This document shows positions 1-9,588 of a DNA stretch of 64,000 bases, one piece after another. A model generated the notes under the pieces. The model saw only the letters and a program-made list of their open reading frames with translations. It ran no database searches and was not told where the DNA came from. Every line of letters begins with the position of its first letter. Positions within the stretch are counted from its first letter, which is position 1. The stretch comes from Sphingomicrobium sp. (GTDB taxonomy: Bacteria; Pseudomonadota; Alphaproteobacteria; Sphingomonadales; Sphingomonadaceae), in the NCBI GenBank assembly GCA_051953395.1, contig JBQCIU010000040.1, positions 25,880 to 89,879 of the forward strand, read 5' to 3'. A program made the translations under genes and the position numbers.

Positions 1-1359
1 AAGGAACGCCAGCGAATGGAGGAGGCAGCTTCCTGTCGAGCTTCCCTGCTTCTGCGCGAGCATGAACAGCGCCGCCGCGACCGCCGCCCCGACCGCAACT
101 CCGATCGTCAGCCAGGTGGCGAAGCCGCTGGCAAGCGCAACCGCCGCCGCCGCGAACCAGAGTGCCGCGATGAAGATCCCGAGCCCTGCCGCCGCCCAGC
201 CGTAATTGCGCTTGAACAGCTTGCCATCGTACTTGCCCTTGAGGACGTCGCTCAGAGCGCTCTGAGAATCGGAGAATTTCTTCCAATTCTCCTGCTTTAT
301 CGCAATGATCTCACCGGGCGACAGCAACATCCGGAGAGCGGCATCCTCGTCTTCGGGAAGGGGGGTCTGGCTGGCCAGGCGCTCGATCGTTCGGCTATCG
401 CTGGACAGCAAGCCGCCGTCGACTTCCTCGATCCTGACATGGCCTCGAACGCCCATGTCGACCAGGGCGGCCGCGAACGCGCGATTGTCCGCGCTCATCT
501 GATGCACGTAGCGCATACCCGCCGGGCTGAGATCGTCAGGCGGCGAAAAGAGCGGAACGACCGCTCCCGCCTTCGGGTCGCGCCCCGCTCGTTGCCAGGC
601 GACGAAGTAGAAGGCGAGGACAGCAAGCAAGCCAAGCAGGCCCACAGCGGGCGGGCCGTAATCGCTGAGCCACCAGCCCAGCTTCGTGCCTTCGTCAGCA
701 TTGCCGACGATCCCCTTCGGAAAGGCCGCGGCGACAGTCAGGCCTTCGTAGGGCCCGAGCGGCCAGGTGGTCCGAAAGGTGATCTGGCCAGGAGCTTGCG
801 AAACGACCTGCGCATTATGCTCGGTCGAGCCCTGCGGACCGGTATAGGCGGAAGGCCTGCTGAACTCTGCCGGGGAGGGGAGGTGGATTGTCGCTTCGGC
901 GACATCGATCGGAAAGTCCCAGCCGTTGCCTGTGACGTTCCAGTAAAGCTCGTCATATCCGGGAAAGCGTCCGACCTGCCGGGTCGTTCGATAGCGGATC
1001 ACGAAGCGGTGATCGCCGGGCTGGAGCTCGGTATCCGCGCTCCCGATCTTCATCCGGACGCCGTTCGACATCGGCTCGACCGTCGCCGGCTCCGGATTTC
1101 CGTCCCGCTGCGCCCCTTCGAAATGGAAGCCGACCCGGACCCTGCTTCCGTTCCTTCCGGAGTAAAGAGTGGGGAAGTCGCGGTAGATTCCGTGCCGGAT
1201 CCGGTCGCCTTCCGAGTGGACGTCGATCGTTTCCGTGACTTCGAGGGTGGAATCCGGCTGGATTGCGACGTCGCTGACGTAACTGGTGATCCGCTCTTCG
1301 GCCGCGGCCGGCGCCGAAGCGAACAGGAGCGCCGCGGCAAGCCAGTAAATTTGCCGCAT
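1..1359 (-). CDS. DUF2207-like membrane protein, partial (runs off the left edge)
   Basis: Not in the ORF track because no stop falls in the window. Translated by hand from ATG at 1359: MRQIYWLAAALLFASAPAAAEERITSYVSDVAIQPDSTLEVTETIDV, i.e. a signal peptide plus the typical DUF2207 start. Hydrophobic segments lie near the window edge, and the gene sits 2 nt after lemA, a common pairing. Confidence 0.75.
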   Translation of the reverse strand, partial: MRQIYWLAAALLFASAPAAAEERITSYVSDVAIQPDSTLEVTETIDVHSEGDRIRHGIYRDFPTLYSGRNGSRVRVGFHFEGAQRDGNPEPATVEPMSNGVRMKIGSADTELQPGDHRFVIRYRTTRQVGRFPGYDELYWNVTGNGWDFPIDVAEATIHLPSPAEFSRPSAYTGPQGSTEHNAQVVSQAPGQITFRTTWPLGPYEGLTVAAAFPKGIVGNADEGTKLGWWLSDYGPPAVGLLGLLAVLAFYFVAWQRAGRDPKAGAVVPLFSPPDDLSPAGMRYVHQMSADNRAFAAALVDMGVRGHVRIEEVDGGLLSSDSRTIERLASQTPLPEDEDAALRMLLSPGEIIAIKQENWKKFSDSQSALSDVLKGKYDGKLFKRNYGWAAAGLGIFIAALWFAAAAVALASGFATWLTIGVAVGAAVAAALFMLAQKQGSSTGSCLLHSLAFL

Positions 1360-1361
1360 GA

Positions 1362-1928
1362 TCACGCCGCCGAGCGGGGGAAGGCCACCTTCGGCGCCGT
1401 CTGAATGCTCTTGTCGTCGTCCTCGTAGAACGGCTCTTCGGAGAAGCCGGCGGGCCGAGCGATCAGCACAGGCGGGAAGCTCTGAACCGTCGAGTTCAAG
1501 TCGCGGACTGTCGCGTTGTAATAGCGCCGCGCGCCCTGGAGCTCGGTCTCGATGCTCGCCAGCTGATCCTGAAGCTGCAGGAAATTCTGGTTGGCCTTCA
1601 ACTCGGGATAATTCTCGGCGACCGCCATCAGCCGACCGAGAAGCCCCGTCATCGCTGCATCGGCCTGGGCGGTTGCCTGTACGCTTTCGGCGCTGGTCGC
1701 TTCAGCTCGGCGGGCGGTGACCTGGTCGAACACCTCGCGCTCGTGAGTCGCATAGCCCTGGACCGTTTCCACCAGATTCGGAATGAGATCGGCGCGGCGG
1801 CGAAGTTGCACGGTAATGCCGCTGAAGGCTTCCTTCACCAGAGCGCGAAGGCGCACGAGACGGTTATAGATGGCTACTGCATAGAGAAGCAGCAGCACGA
1901 CGATTGCGAGAATTATCCAGCCGATCAT
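1362..1928 (-). CDS. lemA: LemA family protein
   Basis: N-terminal TM, then YNRLV...QLRRRADLIPNLVETVQGYATHE, ENYPELKANQNF and RRYYNATVRDLN motifs. Confidence 0.92.
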   Translation of the reverse strand: MIGWIILAIVVLLLLYAVAIYNRLVRLRALVKEAFSGITVQLRRRADLIPNLVETVQGYATHEREVFDQVTARRAEATSAESVQATAQADAAMTGLLGRLMAVAENYPELKANQNFLQLQDQLASIETELQGARRYYNATVRDLNSTVQSFPPVLIARPAGFSEEPFYEDDDKSIQTAPKVAFPRSAA

Positions 1929-1978
1929 GTGAAACCCCCCGGTTTGTCAGAGGGGAACATAAGACCGATGTTGAAGCG

Positions 1979-2063
1979 CGTCACCCCGGCGAAACGGGTG
2001 CCTCAACGCGTGAAGAGCGCTGCGTTTTGGCGACCTGAGACCCCGGCCTTCGCCGGGGTGACG
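1979..2063. repeat. REP-like intergenic inverted-repeat element
   Basis: Perfect 15-bp inverted repeat CGTCACCCCGGCGAA (1979-1993) / TTCGCCGGGGTGACG (2049-2063). The right arm is itself a GC hairpin of the type common between sphingomonad genes and could act as a terminator or stabiliser. Confidence 0.6.
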
Positions 2064-2070
2064 GGAAGGA

Positions 2071-3261
2071 TCAAAACGCGCTCAGCCCCGTAATCGCGCG
2101 GCCGAGGATCAGCGCGTGCACGTCGTGCGTGCCTTCATAGGTGTTGACCGTCTCAAGGTTGGCGGCATGGCGCATCACCTGGAATTCGGCGGAGATTCCG
2201 TTGCCGCCATGCATGTCGCGCGACATCCGGGCGATATCCAAAGCCTTGCCGCAATTGTTGCGCTTCAGCAGGCTGATCGCTTCGGGGATCATCTGGCCGT
2301 CGTCGATTCGGCGGCCGATCCTGAGCGCCGCCTGCAGGCCGAGCGTGATCTCCGTCACCATGTTCGCCAGCTTGAGCTGCACCAGCTGGTTCGACGCGAG
2401 CGGCCGACCGAATTGCTTGCGGTCGAGCGTGTACTGGCGGGCGGCGGCATAGCAGAATTCGGCGGCGCCCAGAGCGCCCCAGCCGATGCCATAGCGGGCG
2501 CGGTTGAGGCAGCCGAACGGCCCTTTCAATCCTTCGACATTGGGGAGGAGCGAGTCCTCGCCCACCTCGACATTGTCCATGACGATCTCACCCGTGATCG
2601 AGGCGCGAAGCGAGAGCTTCTCCTTGATCTTCGGAGCCGAGAGACCCTTCGCGCCTTTTTCGAGAACGAAGCCGCGGATCTTGCCGCCGTGGGCGTCGGA
2701 TTTCGCCCACACGACGAAAATGTCGGCGATCGGCGAGTTGGTGATCCACATCTTGTTGCCGGTGAGGACGTAGCCGCCGTCGACCTTGGTCGCACGGGTG
2801 CGCATGCTGCCGGGGTCCGATCCGGAATCCGGTTCCGTCAGGCCGAAGCAGCCCACCATTTCGCCCGTTGCGAGCTTCGGAAGATATTTCTGCCGCTGCT
2901 CTTCGGAGCCGTAGGCGTTGATCGGATGCATGACGAGGCTGGATTGCACCGACATCGCGGAGCGGTAGCCGCTGTCCACGCGCTCGACGGCGCGGGCGAT
3001 CAGCCCGTAGCTGACGTAGCCGAGACCGGCACCGCCATATTCGTTCGGAATCGTCGCTCCGAGCAGCCCGAGCTCGCCCATTTCGCTGAGGATCGAGCGG
3101 TCGAAGCTTTCGTTGAGATAGGCCTCCGTGACGCGCGGCTGCAGCTTCTCCTGGGCATAGCCTTCGGCCGTATCCCGAACGAGCTTTTCCTCGTCGGTCA
3201 GCTGGCTGTCGAGATCGAACGGATCGCTCCAGTCGAACGGCATGATGGCAGGCTCGCCCAC
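2071..3261 (-). CDS. gcdH: Acyl-CoA dehydrogenase, glutaryl-CoA dehydrogenase-like
   Basis: FDWSDPF...LT.EE N-terminus, [55 protein letters not shown]. The start could be at 3243. Confidence 0.88.
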   Translation of the reverse strand: MGEPAIMPFDWSDPFDLDSQLTDEEKLVRDTAEGYAQEKLQPRVTEAYLNESFDRSILSEMGELGLLGATIPNEYGGAGLGYVSYGLIARAVERVDSGYRSAMSVQSSLVMHPINAYGSEEQRQKYLPKLATGEMVGCFGLTEPDSGSDPGSMRTRATKVDGGYVLTGNKMWITNSPIADIFVVWAKSDAHGGKIRGFVLEKGAKGLSAPKIKEKLSLRASITGEIVMDNVEVGEDSLLPNVEGLKGPFGCLNRARYGIGWGALGAAEFCYAAARQYTLDRKQFGRPLASNQLVQLKLANMVTEITLGLQAALRIGRRIDDGQMIPEAISLLKRNNCGKALDIARMSRDMHGGNGISAEFQVMRHAANLETVNTYEGTHDVHALILGRAITGLSAF

Positions 3262-3408
3262 GTTTTCTTCCCCGCTTTCGTGAAATCCCGCGGCTCTTAG
3301 CCGCCGCCGGAAATTCGCGCCACCCCCGTATCGAATGGGCAGGATTCCGCGGTTTCTTGCTGCTGAATTTGCCCGATGGATCCCGAATCGGGACGCTAAG
3401 TTTCAAGG

Positions 3409-3457
3409 ATTGTTAACAATATTTGGTAAACCGGCTTGCTCTTATCAAAAGTTAACT
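3409..3457. promoter_or_regulatory. AT-rich csgF promoter region with TTAA-centred palindromes
   Basis: Perfect 12-bp palindrome ATTGTTAACAAT (3409-3420) and AGTTAACT (3450-3457) in the divergent gcdH/csgF intergenic region. Confidence 0.35.
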
Positions 3458-3503
3458 GGTATCTCTCCGCCAATCCGAGGCGACTCGGAAAAGGGGGGAA
3501 GTA

Positions 3504-3929
3504 ATGCGTTTAAAGCTCGCCGCTCTTGCGGCAGGGCTGTGTATTGTCTCTGCTTCACCGGCACTTGCAGGTGACCTGGTCTACACGCCCATAGATCCGA
3601 CGTTCGGCGGAAATCCGTTCAATTCCTCGCATCTGCTGGGGATTGCGAACGCCCAGAACAAGTTCAAGGACCCGGATGCGCTGAGCAACGGCTCGCAAGC
3701 CGACATCTTCGCCAGGCAGCTGCAGTCGCGGCTGCTGTCTGCGCTCTCCGGCCAGATCGTCGACGCCATCTTCGGCGACAATGCGCAGGACCACGGCACC
3801 GTCGATTTCGGCGGACAGACGATCGAATGGGTGCGCGATCTCGACCAGGTGACATTGACGATCACCAACGACGGCACCGGCGAAGTCACGACCATCGTCG
3901 TTCCGACAATCATCGACATCGGCGGCTGA
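3504..3929 (+). CDS. csgF: Curli assembly protein CsgF
   Basis: Signal peptide then LVYTPIDPTFGGNPFNSSHLLGIANAQN, matching the CsgF LVY.P.NP.FGGNP.N...L...A.AQN pattern. Directly upstream of csgG. Confidence 0.88.
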   Translation: MRLKLAALAAGLCIVSASPALAGDLVYTPIDPTFGGNPFNSSHLLGIANAQNKFKDPDALSNGSQADIFARQLQSRLLSALSGQIVDAIFGDNAQDHGTVDFGGQTIEWVRDLDQVTLTITNDGTGEVTTIVVPTIIDIGG

Positions 3930-3934
3930 CGGAC

Positions 3935-4936
3935 ATGCTGAAAAGGCTCGCCGCCCTGGCCACGCTCTCGCTGTTGTCCGGCTGCACCAGTCTTGCGCAG
4001 GACGGACGCGACACGATTCCCGAGACGACCTCGCTCGCTTTCATTCCGCACAAGACCCAGACCCAGACCATGCTCGCCGCCATCCCGGCGCCGGAGCGTC
4101 CGGTGGCGGTCGCGGTCTATGATTTTTCCGACCAGACCGGGCAGTTCAAGCAGAGCGACACCACGCAAACGCTGTCCCGCGCTGTTACGCAGGGCGCGAG
4201 CGCCATCCTGGTGAAGGCGCTTCAGGATGCCGGCAACCGCAAGTGGTTCACCATCGTCGAGCGCTCGCAACTGAAGGACCTGCTCAGCGAGCGGCAGATC
4301 ATCCGCGAAATGCGTGAGCGCTATCTCGGCGAGAAGGGCGTCAACCCGCAGGCGCTTCCGGCGCTCCTGTTCGCGGGCGTGCTGCTCGAGGGTGGCGTCA
4401 TCAGCTACGACACCAACACCGTCACCGGAGGAGCAGGCGCGGCCTTCCTCGGGATCGGCGGCCACACCGAATACCGGCAGGACACGGTCACCGTTTACCT
4501 GCGCGCGGTGTCGGTTCGTACCGGAGAAGTCCTGACGACCGTGACGGCGTCGAAGACGATCGCGTCCAAAGCGATCAGCGCCAACGCCTTCAAGTTCGTC
4601 GCCTTCAAGGAATTGCTCGAGGCCGAGGCGGGGATCACCACCAACGAGCCCGACCATCTGGCGCTTCAGCAGGCAATCGAGAAGGCTGTCTACGGCCTCG
4701 TGATGGAGGGCGTTGAGCTCCATCTGTGGAATTTCGCCGATCCGAAGGCGGGCTGGCCGCTGCTGTGGCGCTACAAGCAGGAGCGGGACGGCGTCTTTTC
4801 CGCGGCCGAGGTCCAGGAAGCGATGGAGCGGTCGGGCGAGCTCGCGCCGAAGATCAAGCAGACGGCAAAGAAGAAAGAAAAGGACCAGCCGCGTTCCGCA
4901 AGCCGGGACGGGACCGGACACGGCTCCGGCCGTTGA
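3935..4936 (+). CDS. csgG: Curli secretion channel CsgG (lipoprotein)
   Basis: Lipobox LLSGC, VAVYDFSDQTGQFK, SRAVTQGA, WFTIVERSQL..LL.ERQIIR, EGGVISYDTN, YRQDTVTVYLRAVSVRTGEV. Start placed at ATG 3935. Confidence 0.92.
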   Translation: MLKRLAALATLSLLSGCTSLAQDGRDTIPETTSLAFIPHKTQTQTMLAAIPAPERPVAVAVYDFSDQTGQFKQSDTTQTLSRAVTQGASAILVKALQDAGNRKWFTIVERSQLKDLLSERQIIREMRERYLGEKGVNPQALPALLFAGVLLEGGVISYDTNTVTGGAGAAFLGIGGHTEYRQDTVTVYLRAVSVRTGEVLTTVTASKTIASKAISANAFKFVAFKELLEAEAGITTNEPDHLALQQAIEKAVYGLVMEGVELHLWNFADPKAGWPLLWRYKQERDGVFSAAEVQEAMERSGELAPKIKQTAKKKEKDQPRSASRDGTGHGSGR

Positions 4937-4944
4937 ACTGACGA

Positions 4945-5105
4945 GTTTCGGAGCGGCCTGACCGCCCTCCGGAAGGAAGTGCCGACGGGTTGGCCTGGAA
5001 CCCGGCGGCGGGACGAAACCCAGGCGGGTGCCGGTGGAGTTGCAGCTCCGGCGGTTGCCCAAACGAAAGCGCGCACCGGAGTTGCAGCTCCGATGCGCGC
5101 GACAA
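4945..5105 (+). promoter_or_regulatory. Structured leader upstream of the first curlin, with two identical hairpin loops
   Basis: GGAGTTGCAGCTCCG occurs at 5036-5050 and 5078-5092 (42-bp spacing). The second copy is extended by GCGCGCA (5069-5075) / TGCGCGC (5094-5100). Further hairpins lie upstream. Confidence 0.45.
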
Positions 5106-5181
5106 GTAGGCGGTAACCTCCATGTCACCCCTCGCGAGAGGGGCGGCATGGTTATCACTCCTGAAGAAAGGAATGACAACC

Positions 5182-6663
5182 ATGAAACGGGCATTTTACA
5201 CCACTGTGTCGGCCCTCGCGCTGCTCACCGCGGCGCCGGCTTTTGCCGACAACAACAATTCGACCGTGACCCAGTCCGGCACCAACGCGATCGCGTCGGT
5301 CAGCCAGGGCGGCCAGAATTCGGATTCGACCGTCACCCAGGGCGGCGACCTGAACCATGCGACGGTCAATCAGGACGGCTCTCTCGTCGGCGGCGATTCC
5401 AAGATCGAGCAGACGGGCAACGGCAACACTGCAACCGTCACCCAATCGGACGACGGAAGCAACCTGATCGGCGCCGATCACATCAATAGCTCGACCGTCT
5501 CGCAGAGCGGCAGCAGCAACACGGCCAACGTTACGCAGACCACGGCGACGATTTCGGTTCCGACCGTTTCGACCGTCGACCAGTCGGGCAACAGCAACAT
5601 CGCCAACGTGACCCAGCTCGACGACGTCCAGGCTTCGTCGGTGAGCCAGAGCAGCGACAACAACACTGCCAACGTCAGCCAGGGCGATGCGGCGCTCGTC
5701 GCCAGCGACGGCTCGTTCGGGAACCACTCGACGGTCAGCCAGGGCGGCGACGGCTCGCACGACGCGACCGTATCCCAGCGCAGCATCGGCAACTCGAGCA
5801 CCGTCAACCAGACCGGGTTCACGAACAGCGCGAGCGTGGACCAGTCGGGCTCCTCTTCGAACATGTCGGCCATTACCCAGTCCGGTCAGTTCGACAACGC
5901 CACGGTCGGCCAGAACGGAAGCGTGAACTTGTCGACCGTCGGCCAGGCGGGCGGAAGCGGCACGGCGCTGGTTTCGCAGTCGGGCGCGCTCAACTCGTCG
6001 GGCGTGGCGCAGAGCGGCCCGTCGAACTATGCCGACATCAACCAGATCGGCACTGCCAACGCCTCGAGCGTCAGCCAGTCGTCGGTTGCGGGCAGCTATT
6101 CGAGCGAAGGCGCCTTCCCGAGCGACACGGGCTATGCGTTCGTGGAGCAGATCGGCGACAACAACGGCTCGACGATCAGCCAGACGGGCGCGAGCAACTG
6201 GGCGGTCCTTCACCAGGGCGCGTCGGGCAACCGCTCGCTGATCGACCAGACCGGCAACGGCACGTTCGCCAATGTCAGCCAGACCGGGGCGAACAACTCG
6301 TCCGAGGTCCATCAGTCGGGCGTTGCGACGAACCTGAACATGAACGTCGGAATCAGCCAGTCGGGCAACGGCAACACATCGCTGGTGAACCAGGCCGGGA
6401 CCGCGACGGTGCTCAACTCGGTGCAGAACACGGTCGACATCGACCAATCCGGGGACGGCAACGATTCCACGGTCAACCAGAGCGGGGTCGATAACGAGAC
6501 CCGCGTGGTCGAGGTCGGAGACGACAACCTTTCCGACATCCTCCAGGGCGGCTCCGACAACCACGCCTTCGTCAACCAGTACAGCAACGGCAACACCTCT
6601 GCGATCACCCAAAGCGGCAGCAACAATGTCGCGACGGTGACCCAGGGATCGTCCGGAATCTGA
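5182..6663 (+). CDS. Long curlin-repeat protein (CsgA-like major subunit 1)
   Basis: Signal peptide then about 20 (estimated by eye) x-S-x-V-x-Q-x-G-x-x-N-x-A-x-V-x-Q curlin repeats. AAGGA RBS before ATG 5182. Confidence 0.92.
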   Translation: MKRAFYTTVSALALLTAAPAFADNNNSTVTQSGTNAIASVSQGGQNSDSTVTQGGDLNHATVNQDGSLVGGDSKIEQTGNGNTATVTQSDDGSNLIGADHINSSTVSQSGSSNTANVTQTTATISVPTVSTVDQSGNSNIANVTQLDDVQASSVSQSSDNNTANVSQGDAALVASDGSFGNHSTVSQGGDGSHDATVSQRSIGNSSTVNQTGFTNSASVDQSGSSSNMSAITQSGQFDNATVGQNGSVNLSTVGQAGGSGTALVSQSGALNSSGVAQSGPSNYADINQIGTANASSVSQSSVAGSYSSEGAFPSDTGYAFVEQIGDNNGSTISQTGASNWAVLHQGASGNRSLIDQTGNGTFANVSQTGANNSSEVHQSGVATNLNMNVGISQSGNGNTSLVNQAGTATVLNSVQNTVDIDQSGDGNDSTVNQSGVDNETRVVEVGDDNLSDILQGGSDNHAFVNQYSNGNTSAITQSGSNNVATVTQGSSGI

Positions 6664-6671
6664 ACTGACTG

Positions 6672-6699
6672 GCCGGCGGCCCCGACAACGGCCGCCGGC
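6672..6699 (+). other. GC-rich stem-loop after curlin 1 (no U-tract)
   Basis: GCCGGCGGCC-8 nt-GGCCGCCGGC, a 10-bp perfect stem. Confidence 0.55.
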
Positions 6700-6731
6700 G
6701 CATCCTTCCATTCCTTTGCAGGGGAAAGACA

Positions 6732-8036
6732 ATGAAACGGACCATCTACGCAACCGTCTCCGCGCTCGCGCTTCTGGCGGCATCGCCGGCGCTCGCCGAC
6801 AACAACAAGTCGACCGTCGACCAGTCGGGGACCAACGCCACCGCGACCGTCAGCCAGGGGGGCGACAATTCGAAGTCGACCGTGACCCAGGAAGCCGACC
6901 ACAATGTCGCGACCGTCGACCAGGACGGCTCGCTCAACGGTGGCGATTCGACGATCACCCAGACCGGCAGCTCGAACAACGCTTCGGTCACGCAGGCGGA
7001 CGACGCGAGCTTCGCTTCTCCGGCGAACGTTTCGACCATCACCCAGGCCGGCAACAACAACCAGGCGCTGGTGAACCAGAGCAGCGCGACGATCGCGCTG
7101 ACGAACACCTCGACGGTCGCCCAGAGCGGCAATTCCAACGGCGCGACGGTGACCCAGGTCGACGACAGCCAGACGTCCTACGTGACCCAGGGCAGCGACA
7201 CCAACACCGCCCTTGTCTCGCAGGGCGATCCGGCGCTTGTCGGAGGCGACGATTCGTTCGGCAACTATTCGAACGTGAACCAGGCGGGCGCCGGCGGTCA
7301 TACCGCCCTCGTCAGCCAGGGCAGCCTCGTCAGCAGCAGCAACATCAACCAGATCGGCGACGGCGATTACGCCAGCGTCACCCAGACCGGACTGGGCCAC
7401 AATTCGAGCATCGGACAGGCCGGGATCAACAATGACGCGACGGTGACCCAGGGCGGGGCCGGGCAGGGTTCCGTGGTCAACCAGGCGGGCGACAACGCCA
7501 TGGCGACGGTCAACCAGGCCGGAAACAACAACAACTCGTCCATCACCCAGGCGGCGGGCGGCTCGCAGGTCTATCCCGACGCTGACAGCACCTACGCCCA
7601 GGTCCACCAGGACGGCACGGCGAACGGCTCGACGATCAGCCAGGAAGGCAACGCCCAGTGGGCGTTCGTCGACCAGATCGGCGGAGCGACGGGCAACAGC
7701 TCGACGATCGGCCAGATCGGAAACGCCAACACGGCGCAGGTCACGCAGACGGGGACGGGCAACACGTCCGAGTTCAGCCAGGCCGGAGACCACAACAACT
7801 GGGCTCTCGGTTCGGGCGGCGTGGTCCAGTCGGGCAACGACAATTTCTCGCACATCGAGCAGACCGGCAGCTACGGCCTGATCAACGTTGCCCAGTCCGG
7901 CAGCGACAACCAGTCGTACATCTACCAGGGCGGCACGTCGAACACGGCGAGCGTCACCCAGGGTAGCAACCTGAACATCTCGACGATCACCCAGGGCGGC
8001 AGCGGCAACATCGCCACCGTCACCCAGGGCCACTGA
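6732..8036 (+). CDS. Long curlin-repeat protein (CsgA-like major subunit 2, paralogue of 5182-6663)
   Basis: N-terminus nearly identical to curlin 1 (MKR..Y.TVSALALL.A.PA.ADNN.STV.QSGTNA.A.VSQGG), followed by curlin repeats throughout. Confidence 0.92.
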   Translation: MKRTIYATVSALALLAASPALADNNKSTVDQSGTNATATVSQGGDNSKSTVTQEADHNVATVDQDGSLNGGDSTITQTGSSNNASVTQADDASFASPANVSTITQAGNNNQALVNQSSATIALTNTSTVAQSGNSNGATVTQVDDSQTSYVTQGSDTNTALVSQGDPALVGGDDSFGNYSNVNQAGAGGHTALVSQGSLVSSSNINQIGDGDYASVTQTGLGHNSSIGQAGINNDATVTQGGAGQGSVVNQAGDNAMATVNQAGNNNNSSITQAAGGSQVYPDADSTYAQVHQDGTANGSTISQEGNAQWAFVDQIGGATGNSSTIGQIGNANTAQVTQTGTGNTSEFSQAGDHNNWALGSGGVVQSGNDNFSHIEQTGSYGLINVAQSGSDNQSYIYQGGTSNTASVTQGSNLNISTITQGGSGNIATVTQGH

Positions 8037-8044
8037 TGCCTGTG

Positions 8045-8068
8045 ACCGGCGGCTAAACGGCCGCCGGT
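8045..8068 (+). other. GC-rich stem-loop after curlin 2 (no U-tract)
   Basis: ACCGGCGGC-6 nt-GCCGCCGGT, with the same CCGGCGGC/GCCGCCGG core as the hairpin after curlin 1. Confidence 0.55.
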
Positions 8069-8137
8069 AATGGCCCGGAACCGTCGGCGAGTTGCCGAAT
8101 GCCGGCGGTTCCGGTCCTCATTCGAAGGAGGAAGACC

Positions 8138-8890
8138 GTGCGCAAGCTGATCGGGACTGTCTTTGGAGCGCTGCTCTTGATGAGCGTCGCACCGGCGCAC
8201 GCCGACACCGCCAGCACTCCTCCGGGAGCGCCCTGCTCGAAGAACAACGGCAATCCCTGCAACGGGAATAACGGCAACCTCGGCGACCAGGGCAACGTCG
8301 GCGGCGGAACCGTGATCTCGAACGATCCTCCGCCCATCGACATCACCATGCCCGACGTCACGGATCGCGGCGTCTTCATCACCCAGATCGGCGATTCGAA
8401 CGATGCGGACGCCGTCCAGACGGCGCCGAACGCCTATGCGCGGGTCGACCAGGACGGTGACGACAATGATGCCGACCTTGCCCAGTCCGGAACCGGGACC
8501 GGCTATATCCAGGCCATGCAATCGGGCACCGGGAACTTCGCCCGTCTCGAGCAAGGCGGAAGCGGCCAGAACGTCGTCTACGCAATGCAGGACGGCAACA
8601 ACAACTGGATGTGGAGCAGCCAGACCGCCGACGGAGCGTTGTTCAACGGCGCGCGCCTGACACAGACCGGCAACAACAACGACATGCTGCTGTACCAGGA
8701 CGGCAGCGACAACCTTGCGCTTTTGACGCAGGACGGGAACAGTAACGGAATGACGGCCGTGCAGATTGGAGAGGGCAATCGGCTCCAGTGGACCCAGGAC
8801 GGCAACAACCTGTCCGACCTGCAGGTCACGCAGACCGGCGGCACGAGTAGCGGCGGCCAGCTGATGATTACCCAGTCGAACGGCCATTGA
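8138..8890 (+). CDS. Short curlin-repeat protein (CsgB-like minor/nucleator subunit)
   Basis: GTG start after GGAGG. Signal peptide, a Cys/Asn-rich segment, then about 6-7 curlin repeats (A.V.Q.GD.N.A...Q.G..N). Confidence 0.75.
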   Translation: MRKLIGTVFGALLLMSVAPAHADTASTPPGAPCSKNNGNPCNGNNGNLGDQGNVGGGTVISNDPPPIDITMPDVTDRGVFITQIGDSNDADAVQTAPNAYARVDQDGDDNDADLAQSGTGTGYIQAMQSGTGNFARLEQGGSGQNVVYAMQDGNNNWMWSSQTADGALFNGARLTQTGNNNDMLLYQDGSDNLALLTQDGNSNGMTAVQIGEGNRLQWTQDGNNLSDLQVTQTGGTSSGGQLMITQSNGH

Positions 8891-9564
8891 TGCGCAGGCT
8901 GGCGCTCCTGCTGGCCATCGCGCTGACCTCCTCGGCGGCCGCGCAGCCGCCGGGCTCGACCGACATTCCCCAGATCTCCAGTTCCGCTGAAGGCCAGGCA
9001 AGCCAGACCCAGATCGAACAGCAGCAATCCGACGCGCTTCCGGTGCAAATCTCGAAGGGCGCCGACAGCGCTCCGCATCAGTCGCAGCTTACGTCGGCCG
9101 CTCAATCCGACGAGCAGACTCCGCAGGTATCGTCCGCGCCGCGTAACGCGCAGCCGCCCAATCCCCTGTCCCGGCCGGAGCAGGGACGAACGGCGGCCGT
9201 CGCGAAGGTTGAAGGCCGGGACCGCTGCGATCCGGCAAATGCAAGCGACAAGAAGCTGCCCGAGTGCAGGCACGTCATCGAAACCCGCTCCGCGGATTAT
9301 GCGCGGCCGAGCCCGACCGAGCTTTCGCCCGAACAGAAGCTGATGATCGACCAGCAACTGCTCGCGAGCGAGGACAGTCTTTCGAGCGCCACCCGGCGGC
9401 TTGCGAATTCCGGCGACCCCAATTCCATCGAAGCGATGGGCGTGGCTTCGGTGGTGCTGACCCAGAATCAGCCGGAAGCGCAGAAGAAGCCCGAGCTCGA
9501 TCCTCAGGCCGACGCTGCGATCCAGGCGATCATCAGCACCCTCAACGTAGCGCCCCCGCAATAA
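8890..9564 (+). CDS. Hypothetical secreted Q/S/P-rich protein in the curli operon
   Basis: TGATG overlap with the upstream curlin, signal peptide, a Cys pair (DRCDP...LPECRHVIE), GC-type codon usage. Confidence 0.72.
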   Translation: MRRLALLLAIALTSSAAAQPPGSTDIPQISSSAEGQASQTQIEQQQSDALPVQISKGADSAPHQSQLTSAAQSDEQTPQVSSAPRNAQPPNPLSRPEQGRTAAVAKVEGRDRCDPANASDKKLPECRHVIETRSADYARPSPTELSPEQKLMIDQQLLASEDSLSSATRRLANSGDPNSIEAMGVASVVLTQNQPEAQKKPELDPQADAAIQAIISTLNVAPPQ

Positions 9565-9588
9565 GCGAGCGCGCAGGACAAGAAGCCG

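Noticed and set aside
4990-5025. Resemblance of GGAACCC...GGGACGAAACC to c-di-GMP-I or guanidine-II riboswitches
   Set aside because: It lacks the GCAAA/GNRA-receptor elements and the paired ACGR tetraloops. Kept only as an unnamed structured leader.
4938-5056. Hammerhead-ribozyme-like cores CTGACGAG (4938-4945) and CGAAAC downstream of csgG
   Set aside because: A stem II is possible only with a very large insert. I could not find a stem III partner with a valid NUH, and the candidate stem I is displaced by two extra A residues.
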